From: an uncultured virus (IMG/VR IMGVR_UViG_3300020048_000043)
Lineage: Duplodnaviria > Heunggongvirae > Uroviricota > Caudoviricetes
Length of the DNA stretch: 60,295 nt
Virus record (IMG/VR): IMGVR_UViG_3300020048_000043
Location: 62,001-122,295 of that record
Direction: 5' to 3' (one strand)
This document shows, in pieces, positions 29,766 through 41,200 of this stretch (positions within the stretch are counted from its first letter, which is position 1; each line of letters starts with the position of its first letter). The position numbers were made by a program, and so were the translations under genes. The notes beneath the pieces were generated by a model. The model did not search any database. It saw only the letters and a program-made list of their open reading frames with translations, and had not been told where the DNA came from.

Positions 29766-30896
29766 TTATACACTTTCCTCCATTAAAGATTGACAAAACT
29801 TATACATCTGTGTAAGTCTGTTATGATAATCTCCTTTTACTATCATCATTCTTGGATGACTATAAAAATCTCTAATATTGAAATTCTTGTAGTGATCTAG
29901 TAAAACAACATCTAATTCATCTCTAGCTTCTTCATGTCTTCTCAATCCATCACTTACCCAAGGAACACCCTCAGATGATAAAAAGAATTTAAAATTATAC
30001 AAGTCTTGATAATGTGCGTCATATATAGAACTAAAAAGTTGAAATTCTGTATCAGATATTTCATAAATACCGTTTTCATGTTTGTACAACATATAATAAT
30101 AATATGTAACTACAATATCTGTATCAAAGAAACATATTTTATTACATGTTTTCAACGCATGATCATTTGCTTCTATCTGTAGACGAATAATATTAAAATA
30201 ATCTTCGTCTGTAATAAATCTTTCATCATGAACATTTTGTTCTACGTATGTTCTTCCTATTTCTTCTGCCCATGATGTATGGAATATTTTAGCTAGCATT
30301 TTAACAAGTGTAGTTTTTCCTGTAGACTCTGTTCCTGTAATAAGAATCTTTTTAGCAAAATGCTTACGTGCGCAACCACAAATATAATCCCAATATTTTA
30401 AAGGATTATTTCTTATTTGTGTAGCAGATATTGGATATCTTGTCATAGAATAATCAAAATACTTAACATCATATTCTGGAAAATAAGATTTATATGCTTC
30501 TATATCTTGTTGTTCACCTGTAAAAATAGTAAATTTATTATCTATTGTAAAAGGTGTACAATTATAGAAAATAAAATCTTCCAAACATTTACTCCATTGT
30601 GGCCAACCATATGGATATTCTGCTATATCTGTAGGTTCATCCATGATATGAATCTTAATATTAGCAAAACCTTTTAATTCTGTTTTCAACCAACGTGATC
30701 TCAAATCTGCTGGTATATATTTGATTTTTACTTCTTCGCATAGTTTTGTATCTAATGTTATGTTATTACAAATGATAATGTGTAATTGATCACATTGTGA
30801 ATACGTATTAAAAATATGAGTCAAATGGCCTCTATGTAAGGGAAGAAACTTACCAACTAATATCCCATTATGTAACACTCCAAAATCCATAGACAT
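29766..30896 (-). CDS. nadR: NadR-type NMN adenylyltransferase / ribosylnicotinamide kinase (no HTH)
   Basis: GKFLPLHRGH, ISATQIR, Walker A GTESTGKTT, FFDTD, WVSDGLR. Confidence 0.9.
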   Translation of the reverse strand: MSMDFGVLHNGILVGKFLPLHRGHLTHIFNTYSQCDQLHIIICNNITLDTKLCEEVKIKYIPADLRSRWLKTELKGFANIKIHIMDEPTDIAEYPYGWPQWSKCLEDFIFYNCTPFTIDNKFTIFTGEQQDIEAYKSYFPEYDVKYFDYSMTRYPISATQIRNNPLKYWDYICGCARKHFAKKILITGTESTGKTTLVKMLAKIFHTSWAEEIGRTYVEQNVHDERFITDEDYFNIIRLQIEANDHALKTCNKICFFDTDIVVTYYYYMLYKHENGIYEISDTEFQLFSSIYDAHYQDLYNFKFFLSSEGVPWVSDGLRRHEEARDELDVVLLDHYKNFNIRDFYSHPRMMIVKGDYHNRLTQMYKFCQSLMEESV

Positions 30897-31750
30897 TAAT
30901 TATTCCTCCATTTTTTCAAAATAGACCATTCTCTTTTTTCTTTAGCATCTTCTGTCCATTTATAATACCCATAGAAACTATTAATAAGAAAACCAAACCA
31001 CATGAATATAATTGGAAGCACCCATGTAATTGTAGTTTTATCGTTCATTATAACTAGAATCCACATACTGATTGTAATTACATTTGTTAGAATCCAAAAT
31101 ATCCACTGCTGTGAATATGCCAATGTCATTAGGATTTGTCCAATAATCTGTAATACTTCCGTAGATGAATCCAGAATTGGACCAAGTAAAGAAATACCTG
31201 TTATTGCTGTTATATTTGTATATATTGATTCGTTTCTTTTCATTACTTGAACAAACCAATGATCTACCATTGAAAGAAACAAACCAAAACCAATTAAAGA
31301 TATGATAGAAATTATTGTAATTATTCTAATACCTTGTTTTGTTAGTTTTCTAGGTTTGATATATACTTTAGAAAACTTATCCATGTGATATTTTTTCCAT
31401 ACAACCCAACCAATAAATTGGAAGGGTAGAAAGAAAAACCAATTTAAAATCCAATCACCATAATATCCGCTATACCAAGATATTGCTCCATACATAATAG
31501 CATTAATTATACCCCAGTAGTAATTAGTAATATTTTCTTTTGCTACTAATACAACACACACAATACCTGTTATAGCAGCTACTGGTGATATAATCCAATT
31601 TAATATAACATCAAAAAATGTTTCGTATGGTGTTATATATGAAAAGTAAAATGTAGAACCCATAATGATAGTAGTAATAAAACCTACTAATATTTTTTCA
31701 AACATGTTCCATGACGCAAAGTCTAGAGATTTTTGAATATACTTTATCAT
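30896..31750 (-). CDS. pnuC: nicotinamide riboside transporter
   Basis: multi-TM; GIVCVVLVAK..NYYWG, LDS, QWIFWILTN, NSFYGYYKW; coupled to nadR. Confidence 0.88.
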   Translation of the reverse strand: MIKYIQKSLDFASWNMFEKILVGFITTIIMGSTFYFSYITPYETFFDVILNWIISPVAAITGIVCVVLVAKENITNYYWGIINAIMYGAISWYSGYYGDWILNWFFFLPFQFIGWVVWKKYHMDKFSKVYIKPRKLTKQGIRIITIISIISLIGFGLFLSMVDHWFVQVMKRNESIYTNITAITGISLLGPILDSSTEVLQIIGQILMTLAYSQQWIFWILTNVITISMWILVIMNDKTTITWVLPIIFMWFGFLINSFYGYYKWTEDAKEKREWSILKKWRNN

Positions 31751-31752
31751 TA

Positions 31753-31983
31753 TTACTCATTCTCCTTATTCACTGTCATTTCAAAAACAACAGTTATGTT
31801 TGCGTTGTCTTGATCTTCACATAATTTTACAAACATTCTTCTAAAACAGTCTTTAATTTTTTCCGCATTATCTGTAATTTCAAATCTAACATATGAAGAA
31901 TCGTTCGTAGCAACGAGTTTAATATTATCTGGAAAATGACTAGACAAATCAATGAGATCTTCTTTGTTATTCATTAGAATCAT
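31753..31983 (-). CDS. hypothetical protein
   Basis: coupled ORF. Confidence 0.6.
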   Translation of the reverse strand: MILMNNKEDLIDLSSHFPDNIKLVATNDSSYVRFEITDNAEKIKDCFRRMFVKLCEDQDNANITVVFEMTVNKENE

Positions 31984-32335
31984 CCTGTTCTTCTTTATAT
32001 GTTTTATAATATTTTTTCAGGTCTTCTTCACAAATTATAGTAACATGTTTCGTATAATGTCGTTTGAATATACATTCTTCATTAACTAAAATATATTTAT
32101 TAATGTCAACTAAATCAACACATTTATCTTCTGAATTCAAAATCATATAAAAAGCAGGTCCTTCTTCTCTTTCAAATTTTACCGCACGAAAATATAGGGG
32201 TTCCAAAAACGTATTGAGTTGTTTTAAACAATTAGTAGTAACTTTCATTGTTCTGAACACATCCACATTTTTTAAAGTGACTCTTTCAAAAACAGGATTA
32301 TTTGTTTTTTTCATCATCACATTCCTCCTCCACAT
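31967..32335 (-). CDS. hypothetical protein
   Basis: coupled ORF; likely start near 32317 after GGAGG. Confidence 0.65.
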   Translation of the reverse strand: MWRRNVMMKKTNNPVFERVTLKNVDVFRTMKVTTNCLKQLNTFLEPLYFRAVKFEREEGPAFYMILNSEDKCVDLVDINKYILVNEECIFKRHYTKHVTIICEEDLKKYYKTYKEEQDDSNE

Positions 32336-32670
32336 TCTATGAAATTAAATGTCTTTTTAAATGTTTCTTCATCAAACAAATCAAATATTTCTAAATTAGA
32401 ACCAATATATTTAGAAAACACAAGATACGATTTTTCTTTCACTGTCATAGAAAAACCTCTTACATCAGATATAATAAAGAAAGAATGAATTTCCTTATCT
32501 TCTTCCTCTTCATTATCATTCTCAATAAAAGTTATTTTTTCATCCAAATAATAGGATGTGTTGAAATGATCAACAAATACTTCAATATCTTTTATTGTAT
32601 CTTCGTCCAAAATATCTACATACATATAACTACAAGTCACATCTTTTTTAAAGCAAAGTCCGTTTTTCAT
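32317..32670 (-). CDS. hypothetical protein
   Basis: AAGGAGG RBS. Confidence 0.7.
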   Translation of the reverse strand: MKNGLCFKKDVTCSYMYVDILDEDTIKDIEVFVDHFNTSYYLDEKITFIENDNEEEEDKEIHSFFIISDVRGFSMTVKEKSYLVFSKYIGSNLEIFDLFDEETFKKTFNFIECGGGM

Positions 32671-33416
32671 TATAATTCCTCCTTTTCATAAATAGCAAAT
32701 ATTGTAGAATACAACCCCATAAAATATCCATCGTTCGGTGGAACCTTAAACATCAATGTATCAAGATGATAATGTCCAAAGAACCAATATTTGAATTTCA
32801 ATTGCTCCAAAATAACACTCAAATATTTGGATACAGGATCATTAAACCTATCCCTATCAAAAACATAGGAATCTTTGAAATAATTCTTTTCAAGATCTTC
32901 TATTATTTCTTTAGGAGCAGCATGTGTAAATACATAATCCACATCCCAATCTACACCATCTAGAGAATTAAAACCTCTTTCTGTTTCTTCTCTAGATGGT
33001 AACTCTCTAGGCCACCAACTTATATATTCTATTCTACGTTGTTTATCTGTACTATCCGCTCCTCCAAACACAAAACATTTTTTATTATTTATTGTATACA
33101 CATAACCTCTTTTAAGATGATACACATTTGGACATATAATACCTACAGGATTACCAAACATACTAGTTTCATCTAAGTTATCCATTAAATCAAAGTTTTC
33201 ATGATTACCATCTACTACTAGAGTAGTCCATGATTTATTTGATAACCATTCTAACCATTTTAATTCATTTTCATCTGGTGGGTTATTCCAAAGTAAACCA
33301 AAATCCCCAGTTATTACAACATAATCTGTTCTAGTTAAATTTCTACCTTCTGGAAAATTCTGATCACTTAGTTCATTAATACCTACTTTATGTTTATCTC
33401 CCGTAACATATATCAA
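32670..33416 (-). CDS. calcineurin-like metallophosphoesterase
   Basis: TGDKH, GDFG, DGNHEN, FTH, FGHYH; TTG start. Confidence 0.9.
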   Translation of the reverse strand: MIYVTGDKHKVGINELSDQNFPEGRNLTRTDYVVITGDFGLLWNNPPDENELKWLEWLSNKSWTTLVVDGNHENFDLMDNLDETSMFGNPVGIICPNVYHLKRGYVYTINNKKCFVFGGADSTDKQRRIEYISWWPRELPSREETERGFNSLDGVDWDVDYVFTHAAPKEIIEDLEKNYFKDSYVFDRDRFNDPVSKYLSVILEQLKFKYWFFGHYHLDTLMFKVPPNDGYFMGLYSTIFAIYEKEEL

Positions 33417-33428
33417 AAGAATACCTCC

Positions 33429-33887
33429 TTAATCGTTCAAATAATAATCTTTAGTTCCATCTGGATGAAATTCCTTACACAAAGTAAATTTCAAACAAGC
33501 ATTATGTAAATAACTAAACCAAGAACCCCAAGAAATATTTCTCTTATCAAAATACACATATTCTGTGATTTGTCTATATTCTTCAAAATCTGGATGTTTA
33601 TCAATAATGATTGAAGGATCTACTGTTAACAAATATTTTGTATCTTCTGGTTCTAAAATTAAATTATCGTGATGAAATTCAATATCTCTACCCATAAGAA
33701 TCCAATACAATATTCTTCTTAAAAACCCAAAAGGTTTAGGATTATTATAAGTAGAATGACTATGAAATATTGGATAGAAAATATATGTTGTATTTGTATC
33801 TAGATCTTTTTTAACAATAATATGACAATTCGGATGTCCACACAGACAATTAATTACTTTTGTTTCAAACTTAGTTTGTACATTCAC
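33429..33887 (-). CDS. hypothetical protein
   Basis: AAGGAGG RBS; GTG start; CLCGHPNCH. Confidence 0.7.
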   Translation of the reverse strand: MNVQTKFETKVINCLCGHPNCHIIVKKDLDTNTTYIFYPIFHSHSTYNNPKPFGFLRRILYWILMGRDIEFHHDNLILEPEDTKYLLTVDPSIIIDKHPDFEEYRQITEYVYFDKRNISWGSWFSYLHNACLKFTLCKEFHPDGTKDYYLND

Positions 33888-33927
33888 AACAAATTCCTCC
33901 TTATATAATTTTTATAATTTATCCAGA

Positions 33928-33967
33928 AAACTATCTATGCCCCTATTTCTAGAGGCATAGATAGTTT
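33928..33967 (-). terminator. terminator after RNAP set 2
   Basis: 18-bp stem AAACTATCTATGCCTCTA-GAAA-TAGGGGCATAGATAGTTT. Confidence 0.75.
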
Positions 33968-33970
33968 AAT

Positions 33971-36900
33971 TTACCCTTTCGGATCAACACCCATACATAG
34001 TAGAATAGAATCAAAGAATTGACCAGCTCCACTACGATTTACATCGAAATTAATATCTGCTTTACCGTTCTTATATATTTCAGATATTACTTGTTTTTTT
34101 GCTTCTGGATTATCTGCGTTCACTAACCAGAAATCCGAAAGAACTGTATGTGCATCATAAGATAATAAACACCATGTGTCCATCTCACCCATACGTTGTC
34201 CTCCCGCACGTGCTTTACCTCGTGTGGGTTCTAGTGTGGTTTTAATATATGGTCCCAAATTTCTAACATTTTGTTTTACTGCAGAAATGTGTTCCAATTT
34301 CTGTATATACATTATCCCCCAACAAACAGGATATTGTGTTTTTGAATTTATTTCTGGTAATAACATTGTATCTGATAATGTTGTTCCTACAAATTTTAAT
34401 GCTTCGTATATTTTTTCATTTGTTGGAGATCTGAATGGAGGAACAACTAAATGTATTTTATTATTTGCTATACCAAAAATAAATTTTTTAAAATCGGAAT
34501 CTGCTAACATTTGTATATTTTTAGAAACTTGTGAACTATAACTTTTATCTGTTGTGCCATCTAATAATTCATATAATTTAATAAGAAATTCTTCGATCTT
34601 TTGTCTTGTTTCATTTTTCTTTAACATTTCTGCTACACGTTTACATGTATAATATAAAATTTTACCTACAATGACTTCATACATTTGTCCTAAATTCATT
34701 CTACTAACTACAGAAAGAACGTTAATTAAAATATCCATACGTTCTCCACTTTCTGTAGTAGGCATCAAATGATCTGGAACTATATGTGATACAACTCCTT
34801 TAGCAGCATGTCTATTTGTTAACTTATCACCTAATGAAACAGGCATATAACGAAGCATTTTAATAATGATTAATGTTTTTGGAATTTTTTCACCATGCGC
34901 TGTATATTTTCCTACGTTATTTATAATTTTTTTCTTATCAAATATTGGTGGTAAACCTTGTTCTTTTAATCTAGCATTTGTTTCGCTATATGCTATTTCT
35001 ATTTGATTTAGAATTGGTCCAACAAGTTGTAAACTTTGTGGATACACATTAATATCTACCACTTTAATTTTAGCTGGAGCTATTATTTCATAATCTTCTG
35101 TTAATGCCATATCTCCAACTAAGTTTCTTTTGATATTAGCAATGGTTTCACCTTTTTCAAATACTTGACCTATTGCTGGAAATAACGCTAATTTATCTCT
35201 ATCTGTAAGTTCTATTTCAACCGTATCATAATGTAATGATGTTAATTTTTTAGCTAAACTTTCACTTAATACAATACCGTCTTCGTAATTATAACCAAGA
35301 TATGATAAGTATCCACATTTTACATTTACACCTTGTGAAAGTATAGGTTTTAAAAATTCATTTCTTGTAAGCATACGATTTTGTCTAACACTATCTCCAA
35401 CACGAACAGATGGTGTATGTGTAATTGCGCTATCTATTCCCGATCCACTTTTAAGTTGTGTAGGTCTAATATCTATAGCTTCTTTTGTACCATCTGTATA
35501 TTCAAGAATAATAACATTTTCATCTATATATTTTACAACACCATCTTTTTTAGCACGTTTAGTAAATGTCGAAGAAGTTAATGCTGGTATTGTAGATTCT
35601 GTTCCTGTTAATAATATAGGTTCTTCTCCATCAACAATAGGAACAGTTTGTCTGGCTTGATTACAAAACATGTTTAAACGAGCTTGGTCATTCTTATCAA
35701 CAAAAGGTGATAATGAAGTTGTAAGTCCTAGTATATCTGTGTTTTCATCATTAAAAGACATAGGCATAAAACTATGTTTATCGTCATCATAAACATGTCC
35801 TGTTGTTAAAAATAATCTTATACCAGGATCCCCTTCAGATGTATCTATTGGATCTAAATTACCAAAATGTGAAGGTCTCATTGCTCTATCTTTAGGTTGA
35901 ACAGCATCTCTATTTGGTAACCCACCAGGACCCACTGTTTTAACACTAGCATATCCAGATATTTCTTCAACTGGATTTTGTTGTTCTAACATTTGTAATA
36001 CGCCATGTTCTCTAAAGTAATTAATAACATGTCCAATATTAACCTTCAATGGGGCATCAGGTGTATAAATTCTTTGTTTTTTATAAATAGAAACACCCGC
36101 ATGAATACCTTGTTCTACACCAGATACAATAATATCCGTTGTACGCAAATATGTATTATGTATAGCTAATTTATCATCTGATTCACCTGATATGGAAAGT
36201 TCAGAACAATGCTTAATAATATCTACTAATTCTGTTGGTAACTTATGTTCTTTTAATACATCATATGTTTGTACGTCTACAATATATTTTGTGGTCTGTC
36301 TAATATTGTATTCTGCTTTATTTTGCTTAGTATATTGTTTTAATGATTCTAATGCTTCTTTCACCTGATTAATATTTTTTGGTTTATATTTAAACCACAT
36401 TTGTTCTAAACCCGAAATAATAACTTTACTCATTGTATCCATTTTCTTTTCAATAACTAAAAATGTTCCATCTCCCATAGGAAGTGAAATAAAATTATTA
36501 TCTTTCTTTTTCTTTTCATAAAAAGCAAAATTAAATTTATATGCTCTTAACAATCCTTCTACACTTAACAAACAAGAAAGTAACATAGCTACAGGTATTT
36601 TAAATCCACCTAAATAACATCGTATATCTTCTCGACGATTGAACAAACCATATGTAAAACTGATGGCAGAATAATTTGATCTAAATTGTACATATCCAGG
36701 TTTGACTATGAAAATAGGTAATGTTGATAATACTGTAGGATAATACCATTTCAATCCACCAGATACAACATAACGATCTTCTGTCAATTTAGGTACTTTA
36801 AATTTCAATGTTATTTTTTGTCCATCTGGTTGTTTTACTTTAATATTAATATGTTCTATTTGTGTTTCAAATAATTCTGTATCTGATGTATTTACATCTG

Positions 36901-38218
36901 TGAATGTTATATTTAATAATTCATATCCAATTTCACTTAAAATGGGAGGTAATGATTTTTTCAAAATGTCGATTAATTTTTGTTGATATCCATGTCTTCT
37001 AGCAATAGCATGTGAAATATGATTTTTAGTTAAATCTTTTTGTATATCCGGTTTATGTATTGCATCGATAGGTAATGTTTGTGTTAAACCTAATTTTTTA
37101 GCTTCTTGTTCTTGTTTACTAACAGTTTGTAAATCTTGTTTAGTTGGAGTATCTATTAATGCAGATTCGGGATTATCTGATTGGTTTAATGCTGCTTTCA
37201 TTATTTGTTTTTGAGCAAAATCATCATCTAATGCATATGCTTTAACAACTGTTTTTGAAATTTCCGGTGACGATTTAGCAAATGCTTGAACTCTTGTTAA
37301 TGCAGTATCTATATTTATTTTTAATGATTGTAAATCTTTATAATTATTACGAATAATATCTTTAGATGCTAATATAATATCCCTTTGTGTGATAACTGGT
37401 TTTTGAATTTGTCGTTCTGGAGGTTTTTCTTTTATTTCTATATCATCTGTTTTACTTATTTTTTCTTGAGGTATTTTTTTATCTTGTATTATTTTTTCTG
37501 GTTCTATTAAATCTATAAGTTCGTTTTGTTCTTCTTTTTCAAATGTTTCAAAATCTTCTTCAACAGAAATAATTTTTTTATTTTTACAAGATTGATAAAT
37601 CCATTTAAGAAAAATAGCAAACCTATTATCCGTAGAACGAGATTTTTCATAAATTAATCTAGCGGAATCGTTTGTAACTAAAAATATTTTATCAATACCT
37701 AAATCTATAATATTTTTACGTAAATTAAATGAAAACATAAATGAATACAATTCTTTTTCACGAATACGTGCAGGTAATACAGATTCATCTATATAATATA
37801 AAAGAATTGTTTCTTTATTTGCTTCTTTGACGGTAGACACAATATTTGAAAAAAACTTCAATCCTTCTTTAGCAAAACGAATAGGTGATAATCTTTGATT
37901 CAACGAATGTATAAAAGGTGTAATATCAAAATAAAAACTTCTACCTTCTAATGCTTTTGGATTAAATAATACTGTTATATTTTTTCCATATTGTTGTCTT
38001 ACATTTGCTGGATTGATTGTCATTATTCTATTAAATACTCTTTGTATTCTGGGAGTATACGCAAAATAAAGACGTCTACTTAATGGTAGTTTAGGTACAA
38101 ACGGCGCACCTTGTTCTGCTCCTTCTACCAACAATATTACATTATGATCTTGTAAAGGAACATACATTCCACTAGATCTATTAACATATAACCTAAATTT
38201 TTCTACACGTAATGCCAT
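33971..38218 (-). CDS. rpoB: DNA-directed RNA polymerase beta subunit, set 2 (1415 aa, with about 400-aa N-terminal extension)
   Basis: GPGGL, DPIDTSEG, FCNQARQ, GYNYEDGI, GDKLTNRHAAKGVVS, SRMNLGQ, KLEH, GGQRMGEMD. Confidence 0.95.
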   Translation of the reverse strand: MALRVEKFRLYVNRSSGMYVPLQDHNVILLVEGAEQGAPFVPKLPLSRRLYFAYTPRIQRVFNRIMTINPANVRQQYGKNITVLFNPKALEGRSFYFDITPFIHSLNQRLSPIRFAKEGLKFFSNIVSTVKEANKETILLYYIDESVLPARIREKELYSFMFSFNLRKNIIDLGIDKIFLVTNDSARLIYEKSRSTDNRFAIFLKWIYQSCKNKKIISVEEDFETFEKEEQNELIDLIEPEKIIQDKKIPQEKISKTDDIEIKEKPPERQIQKPVITQRDIILASKDIIRNNYKDLQSLKINIDTALTRVQAFAKSSPEISKTVVKAYALDDDFAQKQIMKAALNQSDNPESALIDTPTKQDLQTVSKQEQEAKKLGLTQTLPIDAIHKPDIQKDLTKNHISHAIARRHGYQQKLIDILKKSLPPILSEIGYELLNITFTDVNTSDTELFETQIEHINIKVKQPDGQKITLKFKVPKLTEDRYVVSGGLKWYYPTVLSTLPIFIVKPGYVQFRSNYSAISFTYGLFNRREDIRCYLGGFKIPVAMLLSCLLSVEGLLRAYKFNFAFYEKKKKDNNFISLPMGDGTFLVIEKKMDTMSKVIISGLEQMWFKYKPKNINQVKEALESLKQYTKQNKAEYNIRQTTKYIVDVQTYDVLKEHKLPTELVDIIKHCSELSISGESDDKLAIHNTYLRTTDIIVSGVEQGIHAGVSIYKKQRIYTPDAPLKVNIGHVINYFREHGVLQMLEQQNPVEEISGYASVKTVGPGGLPNRDAVQPKDRAMRPSHFGNLDPIDTSEGDPGIRLFLTTGHVYDDDKHSFMPMSFNDENTDILGLTTSLSPFVDKNDQARLNMFCNQARQTVPIVDGEEPILLTGTESTIPALTSSTFTKRAKKDGVVKYIDENVIILEYTDGTKEAIDIRPTQLKSGSGIDSAITHTPSVRVGDSVRQNRMLTRNEFLKPILSQGVNVKCGYLSYLGYNYEDGIVLSESLAKKLTSLHYDTVEIELTDRDKLALFPAIGQVFEKGETIANIKRNLVGDMALTEDYEIIAPAKIKVVDINVYPQSLQLVGPILNQIEIAYSETNARLKEQGLPPIFDKKKIINNVGKYTAHGEKIPKTLIIIKMLRYMPVSLGDKLTNRHAAKGVVSHIVPDHLMPTTESGERMDILINVLSVVSRMNLGQMYEVIVGKILYYTCKRVAEMLKKNETRQKIEEFLIKLYELLDGTTDKSYSSQVSKNIQMLADSDFKKFIFGIANNKIHLVVPPFRSPTNEKIYEALKFVGTTLSDTMLLPEINSKTQYPVCWGIMYIQKLEHISAVKQNVRNLGPYIKTTLEPTRGKARAGGQRMGEMDTWCLLSYDAHTVLSDFWLVNADNPEAKKQVISEIYKNGKADINFDVNRSGAGQFFDSILLCMGVDPKG

Positions 38219-38237
38219 TTATAAAACACCTTCTTTA

Positions 38238-41200
38238 TCACAGATCTAATAAATTATCTAGATCTGAAGGTATCAACTGTTGATCTGTATTATTCAATAT
38301 TGCGCTATGTAAAGCATTAGATACATTTTCAAACGCAGCACCACGTTTCCAATTTTCTAACAATGCTACTTGTTTTAATGCTACTCGCAAAGGTCTATCT
38401 TTCATCCCACTTAATCTATATGGAAATTGTGGTCGTTTGGGATCTCTGCATAATTGAGATACTACTAATTCCAAAGACCAAAAAGGTATTATTGTTTGAG
38501 TAGCAAATAATTCATACATCTTAATAGCTAAGATATCATTAAACATTAATCTACTATTAAGAAGTTTACTAATTTCTTGTATAACACCTGTTATGGATTG
38601 TGAACTATTTTTCATACTTCCAAAAATTACATTTTCTTCTATATATACAATATGTTCAAAACCATCTATTACTAAACTATCTCTTGTTGGAACTACAATA
38701 GTGAAATTATAATTTAATACAAAATCAAATGTTTCATTTTCTGTTTCAATAGTAAATATTTGTACAATATATTCGTTCGCACTTCTTCCACGAATATCAT
38801 CTTCATTAAAAATAATTTTTAATTTTTGTTTAGACATTATTTCATTACCATCTTGTGTAACATAATTCTTTAAATTTGAATCTGGCTCTATGAAATTCTT
38901 AATAGTCCCAGCTCCACCAGTATGATAGCAATAGGTAAGTATTTGATATTATCTCTAACTTTTCCCCTGCTCCACACCGTGCTTGCGACTTTCACCGCAC
39001 ACGGCGTTCCATCGATATAATTATACTATCGACTAAGGGCTATTCCTCAACTCTCATTACAAGAGTTTCATAGGTCATTCCCTCGCTCTCACTATAGAAT
39101 AAATTATCTATAGCTTTCCACGTTCCAATCGACTTAGCTTTACATATACCCTTAGGTGCTTGCTCTACATTAAATAAATTATATCTTCATTGTTAGATAT
39201 CTCGACTTTCTTAACATCCAGCATACTCATCGATATTTATTTAATGCTTCATAACAAGTTCGTGTTCCTCACCATAGGTATTTTATAGCTCCCCAGTATA
39301 TTCTACTGACTTTACCTAGCTTCATACGTTATTAACGCATGTAGGAGTATTAGGAAGATTGTTTTAGCTAACATGATAGCCTCATTCCAATCTTCAGTCG
39401 ATTAGTTGTAACTCGTATATACGAGTCCTCTCTTTTCGTATTTTTATACTTATAGAGAAACGTGTCGCACGAATGTCTGCATGGTCATCTGGGATCCTCT
39501 TTCACCTATTATTTGTGCTGCTACCATTCCTATATTTGTAGAACGTATTTTAGTAACAGCATCATCGCCTAAACATTTATGACAAATTTCTGGTGATGTA
39601 CAATACATAGGTGAACGAATTTGAATAGTTTTATCAATATATTCTTCTGGATTAATAATCATGGTTCCATTGGATAAATATCTAGTATTTAAACCTTTTG
39701 CTATATCTTTTGTTACTTTTAACTCGAAATAATTTTTTGTTCCACAATCTTTTGTTCTAGCACTCATTTTAACACTTACTGTTGCATAAGCTAATTGTCT
39801 TGCTAAATATCCAGATACAGCAGTCATTTGTGATCTATCTACAATACCCTTACGACCACCTATACCTACTGCCATAAATTCTGAAGGTTTTAATCCATCA
39901 CTTAAAGAAGAAACAACAGGTTTTTCAATAACAGAACCATCTACATCTTCTACAAACCCTTTTGCTACTATTTGTGTTTGTATATTTTCTGTTTTACCTC
40001 GTCCTCCACTATTTACTAAATCATAAATAATGGAATTACTTTGATTTAATGCTTCTAATACATCTTTAGTAATAGCACTAAGTTCTTTTGATGGGTTTTC
40101 TGCTTTGAATGCTTCTTCCTTACGTTTTTCAAATTCTTTAGGTAAAGCAAATTGAGAAATATCCATACTTTTACCTATTAATGTTGGAGCAATCATACAT
40201 ACTTTCATTGTTTCATTCATTTTTTCCATAACAATATTTGCTTCTTCTTTTTCTGCTAATTTTAAAAACAAATCTGTAACATCTTTTTTCTTATATTGTT
40301 TTTCTATAGGTAAACCAATTATTTCTTCTAATATTGCTCTACCTATTGTTATTTCTTTCTTTTTAAAATTAACCAATAACGTTGGATCTGAATATTTTAA
40401 TAATACTCTATGTAAATCTTGAATACTATACACAGCATCTTTTAAAACTTTTTCAGATTTTGGATTTGCTGTTAACATATAAAAACCGTATACAGCATCA
40501 TTTTTAAAAGTTAATGCTAAACTTGTTCCATTAGGACCCCAAATATTTTTATCCATCATCATCTTTTCTTTGGCTTCTTTTTGTGCTGCTTCCGTTAATG
40601 GTAAATATATTCCCATCTGATCGCCGTCAAACATCTATATTCAAGTGTATTCGCTAAATACACCTCGCCTATTTAGGCTGCTATACGTCACCGTATAGAT
40701 TAGACTATATCTTCACCTTCATTACTGAAGGGCTCCCCGTTTCCACTCGCTTGAGTGTACTCTACTCCGTCATATAACGTTTCGATAGTCGTTGAACTTT
40801 CTGTTCTTGGCCGAACTTATAGATTTTGTTTTATAACCAACAACAAATATTCTAAACAATTTTTAGATAAATATTCAGTATAAAATTTTTGTGTTTCATC
40901 TAATAATGTATATTCTTGAAATTGTAACAATAATTCACATTCTAAATTTATTATATCATGTGCGTTTCCTTTAAATGAATGATGTATAAAATTTTTTGCT
41001 TTTAATTCTGTTAAACGTCTTTTGAAATCTGAACTACTTCCTAATTTTATTTTATCATCAAATTCAATCACATAAAGATATCTATCATCTTCTTTATTTG
41101 TTCTTTTCAAAAGATTATCTCTATTACGAATACGATCTGAATATTCACTATTAAAACCTTTTGATGTTTTATTTAATGCTCTAGCTTTAGATAATTCTGA

